Assembly: GCA_043823985.1 (NCBI GenBank)
Contig: JBDRTO010000088.1
Span: forward strand, 3,851 to 67,850
Length of the DNA: 64,000 nt
Origin: Pseudomonadota bacterium
GTDB taxonomy: Bacteria; Desulfobacterota; Desulfobacteria; Desulfobacterales; Desulfatibacillaceae
Direction of reading: 5' to 3'
In this document: piece after piece, positions 61,095 through 64,000 of the stretch
How positions within the stretch are numbered: the first letter of the stretch is position 1
How the letters are laid out: every line of letters starts with the position of its first letter
Notes under the pieces: generated by a model
Database searches by the model: none
What the model saw: the letters and a program-made list of their open reading frames with translations, nothing else
What the model was told of the DNA's origin: nothing
Position numbers and translations under genes: made by a program

Positions 61095-61655
61095 TCAGGT
61101 TTCGGTTTCCTCGCTTGCCCGGTTTTCGGCCTCTTGGCCGGATCCGGAGGCCTCCGGCAACTCACAGACCAAATTCGCCTTGGCCAGGGCGTTGTAAACG
61201 GCATTCTTGACTTCCGCCAGGCGTATCTCGGCAAGTTTGGCCTTGGACTCCGCGTAGAGATCAAACCCTGTCAGGGCCAGCCGGTCCACCCGGGAATCCA
61301 GTTCATACAGGTCCTGGTCCTTGAGCTTGGCCAGTTCCTTTCGGAGCTTTTCCCGGACGATGCCTTTCAGCTCGAAAAGAAAAGCCACCGCACGGGAAGG
61401 GGTAAAATCCTGGACCGCCCGGACCCGCATGAAGTCAGCCAAAAAATCAAGTTTTACTTCATGTTTGTCATGAAAAAGCCCGTCGAACGCTTCTTCCAGT
61501 CCCAGGCTAAGCTTGTGCCCCACCGGATTGGCAAAGGGGTCTTTCTGTTTTTTTAGAAACTGGGTGGCATCTATCGGATAGGTGGCAAGAGTGCGTTCCT
61601 TCCATTCCTTCAGAATGGCCGAACGATTCTCCTTGAGGAGTTCCGGGATATCCAT
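61095..61655 (-). CDS. RsbRD-N-terminal-domain-like protein preceding dsrM
   Basis: The internal ATG 61655 gives 'MDIPELLKENRSAILKEWKERTLATYP...', the kind of small helical protein I recall being conserved upstream of dsrMKJOP in sulfate reducers. The acidic C-terminal tail is Glu/Thr-rich. Confidence 0.6.
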   Translation of the reverse strand: MDIPELLKENRSAILKEWKERTLATYPIDATQFLKKQKDPFANPVGHKLSLGLEEAFDGLFHDKHEVKLDFLADFMRVRAVQDFTPSRAVAFLFELKGIVREKLRKELAKLKDQDLYELDSRVDRLALTGFDLYAESKAKLAEIRLAEVKNAVYNALAKANLVCELPEASGSGQEAENRASEETET

Positions 61656-61798
61656 TTCCACCCGTCCGCCGGAAGCATGGAACCGCACCGAAAACGTCTT
61701 CCCATCCGGGATGGGCGGGCAGCATCCTGTTTCCAAGCACAACTTGCTGATATAAAAGAAAATAGAATCCGTAATTTTCCGGAACTTATTACCGCGCG

Positions 61799-61828
61799 AC
61801 CTTAGTCCGACACTTCCTGTCCTGTCAA
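61799..61828 (-). promoter_or_regulatory. possible sigma70-like promoter for the RsbRD-N/dsrMKJOP transcription unit
   Basis: On the minus strand: -35 TTGACA (61828-61823), 18-nt spacer, -10 TAAGGT (61804-61799). An AT-rich stretch lies between the -10 element and the start codon. This is a motif match only. Confidence 0.3.
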
Positions 61829-61983
61829 GAAAAAAGAGGTTTCACTTGCATGGGCCGCTGCTATCAAAAGTAGAATGGCGCGAACGGAGGAGGTTCGGGC
61901 AAAGCTGCGAAAAAAGGAGCCATGGAGGGGATCGTGGGATTTGCCCATGAAGAACGGGAGAGTTGTATTCGCTCTGGGAATTC

Positions 61984-62613
61984 CTACGTGCCTTCGGCGC
62001 ATTCCAGGTCCCTGGCCAGAGCCGCCGCGTGGAGGTGCCCCGCGATGTGGACCGGGCTTTTCTGGTAGATGGGATCCCAGGCCGAGGGGTCTGCGGAACA
62101 AAACTGCTGGGAGACAAGACCCATCAGCTCCCCCGCCTCGCCTGCAGGGGTTCCGGCAAGCTTTTCGGCTGCCTCCCAGGTGGCTCCGCAGGGAGCGCCC
62201 CGGAGAACCTGCACCTCGGCCACCTTGCCGTCCTTCAGGAAAACGCGGAACCTCGGTGCCCCGAACCGTTGTCCATACTCGCCCAAGGCAGCCTGCCCGG
62301 GAAGGGCACATCAGGTGGGGGGGCACAGGACACCCGGGACCTCCATCTTCTTTCCCGAGGCTACCATGGGCACCTTGTCTCTCTGGCACAGCCGGGCCAG
62401 GTCCAGGGAAAGGTCCGGATGGCGGAGGAAGTCCAGCACGAGATCGGCACGGATCTCCTGGGGAAAATAGGGGGACGTGTCGTCAAGGACTGGCGGCAGG
62501 GCTTGGTCCAGGCTGTGGACCGTCAAGTCGAAAGAGCCCTGGCCGTATGCTTTGAGCCCCCGGATCTTGGCTCTGGCAGAGCCTCCCTGCTCGAAAACCC
62601 AGATCCTCTGCAT
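61984..62613 (-). CDS. DUF166-like protein with in-frame TGA (candidate selenocysteine codon at 62313-62311)
   Basis: The ORFs 62311-62613 and 61984-62286 are in the same frame and separated only by a TGA. The 'start' of the second ORF is an internal TTG without an SD. The joined product reads '...GVLCPPT-U-CALPGQAALGEYGQRFGAPRFRVFLKDGKVAEVQVLRGAPCGATWEAAEKL...', whose second half matches my recollection of DUF166/COG1810. The ATG overlaps the pepA stop (TGATG). Confidence 0.6.
62281..62313 (-). promoter_or_regulatory. putative bacterial SECIS element following the in-frame UGA
   Basis: RNA: UGA-UGUG-CCCUUCCCGGGCAGGCUGCCUUGGGC. The upper stem GGCA/UGCC caps a GGC apical loop 17-19 nt after the UGA, extended by CCC.GG/UUGGG pairing. 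The shape and spacing resemble the E. coli fdhF SECIS upper stem (GCA-GGUC-UGC). Confidence 0.45.
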
Positions 62614-63974
62614 CAGTAGACCCCCAGGAACCGGGCCAGGAGCCGCACTCCGAACCCGGTGGCGAAACGGCCCACCTCTCCCCGGGGGGATTCCCCGTTG
62701 TAGGCGGTTCCAGCGATGTCCAGGTGGGCCCAGGGCAGGCCTTGGACGAACTCCTGGAGAAACGCCGCTCCGGTGACGGAACTGGCGTGTCCCCGGGGGT
62801 ATTTGGCGATGTTCCGCAGGTCCGCCCGGTCGCTCTTCATGGCCTCAGTGTACTCGGGGTACAGGGGCAGCCGCCAAAGGCGCTCCCGGGTGGATTCCCC
62901 GGCCTCGTAAAGCTCCCCGGCCAGGGTGTCGTCATTGGAGAAAAGTCCGGCCGCCGCAGTTCCCAGGGCCACCAGGATGCCCCCTGTCAGGGTGGCGACA
63001 TCCACCACGCGGGTGGGAGAGAACCGCCGGATGCCCCAAGCCAGGGCGTCAGCCAAAACCAGACGGCCCTCGGCGTCCGTGTTGCCTATCTCCACGCTCT
63101 TGCCCAAGCCGGACCGGTACACATCCCCGGGAAAGTAAGACCGGGCGTCCATGGCGTTGTGGGCCGCGACCACCACACCGGCCACGTTCACGGTCGGCCG
63201 GAGGATGGACAGGGCCCGCATGATGCCCAGGACCGTGGCCGCTCCGGCCATGTCCGTGCGCATGTCCTCGATGCTGCCCGAGGATTTCAGGTTCTGGCCC
63301 CCGGAATCAAAAGTGATGCCCTTGCCCACGAGGAGGATGCGTTCCTTGCGCCTGGGCGCGCCCAGGTATTGGGCCATGGCCAGGCGGGGGGGGTGGACCG
63401 AACCCTTGCCCACGGCGAAGAGGAGCCCCAGGCCCTCGTCGCGGATGCGGTCCTCGTCCAGCACCTCCACGGCCAGGGAGGGATCCTTTTGCCCCAGGGC
63501 CTCGGCCTCGGCGGCGAGCCTCTGGGGCGTCACCTCCTCAGCGTTTTCATTCACCAGATCCCGGGCGTACCAGACGCATTCGCAGAGGGTGGCCGCCTTT
63601 TCCAGTTTTTTCCGGGAGGATTCGGCGCCCACGACCTGGACTGTCTCCATTTGGGGCCCGGGCTCGCCCTTGTATCGTTCAAAGGAGTAGGCCCCCAGCC
63701 AGGCCCCTTCCACGCCAGCCACGTCCCCTCCCCCGCCGGCCTTTCCGGACAGATCCAGGCAGATCCCGGTGCGCTTGAGTTCCAGGGCCTTGCGAACTCC
63801 CGCCGCCGCTGCGCCAAGGATGGCCCGGGGTCCTGAATCGCTGCCCTGGCCCAGGCCGCAAAGGATGAGGGTCTCCCCGTCCTGGTAACGGACGGTGACT
63901 TCGGACCGGTCTCCCTGGAAATCCCGGATGTCTCCGGCTTCCTCCCGGGTCAGGAACCGGATTCGCGTTTCCAT
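62613..63974 (-). CDS. pepA: leucyl aminopeptidase (M17 family)
   Basis: 453 aa. 'NTDAEGRLVLADAL' is the M17 signature, with 'VGKGITFDSGG' and 'MRTDMAGAA' also present. Confidence 0.9.
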   Translation of the reverse strand: METRIRFLTREEAGDIRDFQGDRSEVTVRYQDGETLILCGLGQGSDSGPRAILGAAAAGVRKALELKRTGICLDLSGKAGGGGDVAGVEGAWLGAYSFERYKGEPGPQMETVQVVGAESSRKKLEKAATLCECVWYARDLVNENAEEVTPQRLAAEAEALGQKDPSLAVEVLDEDRIRDEGLGLLFAVGKGSVHPPRLAMAQYLGAPRRKERILLVGKGITFDSGGQNLKSSGSIEDMRTDMAGAATVLGIMRALSILRPTVNVAGVVVAAHNAMDARSYFPGDVYRSGLGKSVEIGNTDAEGRLVLADALAWGIRRFSPTRVVDVATLTGGILVALGTAAAGLFSNDDTLAGELYEAGESTRERLWRLPLYPEYTEAMKSDRADLRNIAKYPRGHASSVTGAAFLQEFVQGLPWAHLDIAGTAYNGESPRGEVGRFATGFGVRLLARFLGVY

Positions 63975-64000
63975 GCCGGGTTTTTTTGCCAGAATCAGCC

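Overview
This is a GC-rich (by eye about 60%), densely packed bacterial chromosomal segment. No rRNA, tRNA, CRISPR array, transposase or integrase is recognisable. A complete dsrMKJOP operon (56.0-61.1 kb) points to a sulfate/sulfite-reducing member of the Deltaproteobacteria/Thermodesulfobacteriota. Most genes are housekeeping: leuB (3' end), asd, greA, rpoZ, ttcA-like, folE2, dtd, tex, pyrG, purC, mdh, uvrC, uvrB, cysS, ispF, maf, yggS, glnS, thiD, thiL, a class A PBP and pepA. Several stretches are not ordinary. (1) At 17.5-25.8 kb there is an accessory-looking patch. It holds an XRE regulator / orphan 270-aa protein / dual-HKD phospholipase D operon with a clear promoter and palindromic operator. 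Next to it are a divergently transcribed orphan 843-aa P-loop (STAND-like) NTPase, a DUF45-type HExxH metallopeptidase and an AT-richer stretch with small orphan genes. (2) A ParB-N-domain protein is coupled to purC and followed 4 nt later by a spore-photoproduct-lyase-family radical SAM enzyme. (3) A DUF2760 membrane protein sits with two atypical Hsp70 paralogues (602 and 923 aa) behind a strong sigma70-like promoter. (4) A DUF166-like gene next to the dsr operon is interrupted by a single in-frame TGA followed by an fdhF-like SECIS hairpin, making it a candidate selenoprotein. (5) The AsmA-family gene contains near-identical 453-bp in-frame tandem repeats. The many long ORFs antisense to real genes are high-GC shadow ORFs and were rejected. 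All functional calls rest on motifs read from the translations and on my recollection of protein families. No database search was run.
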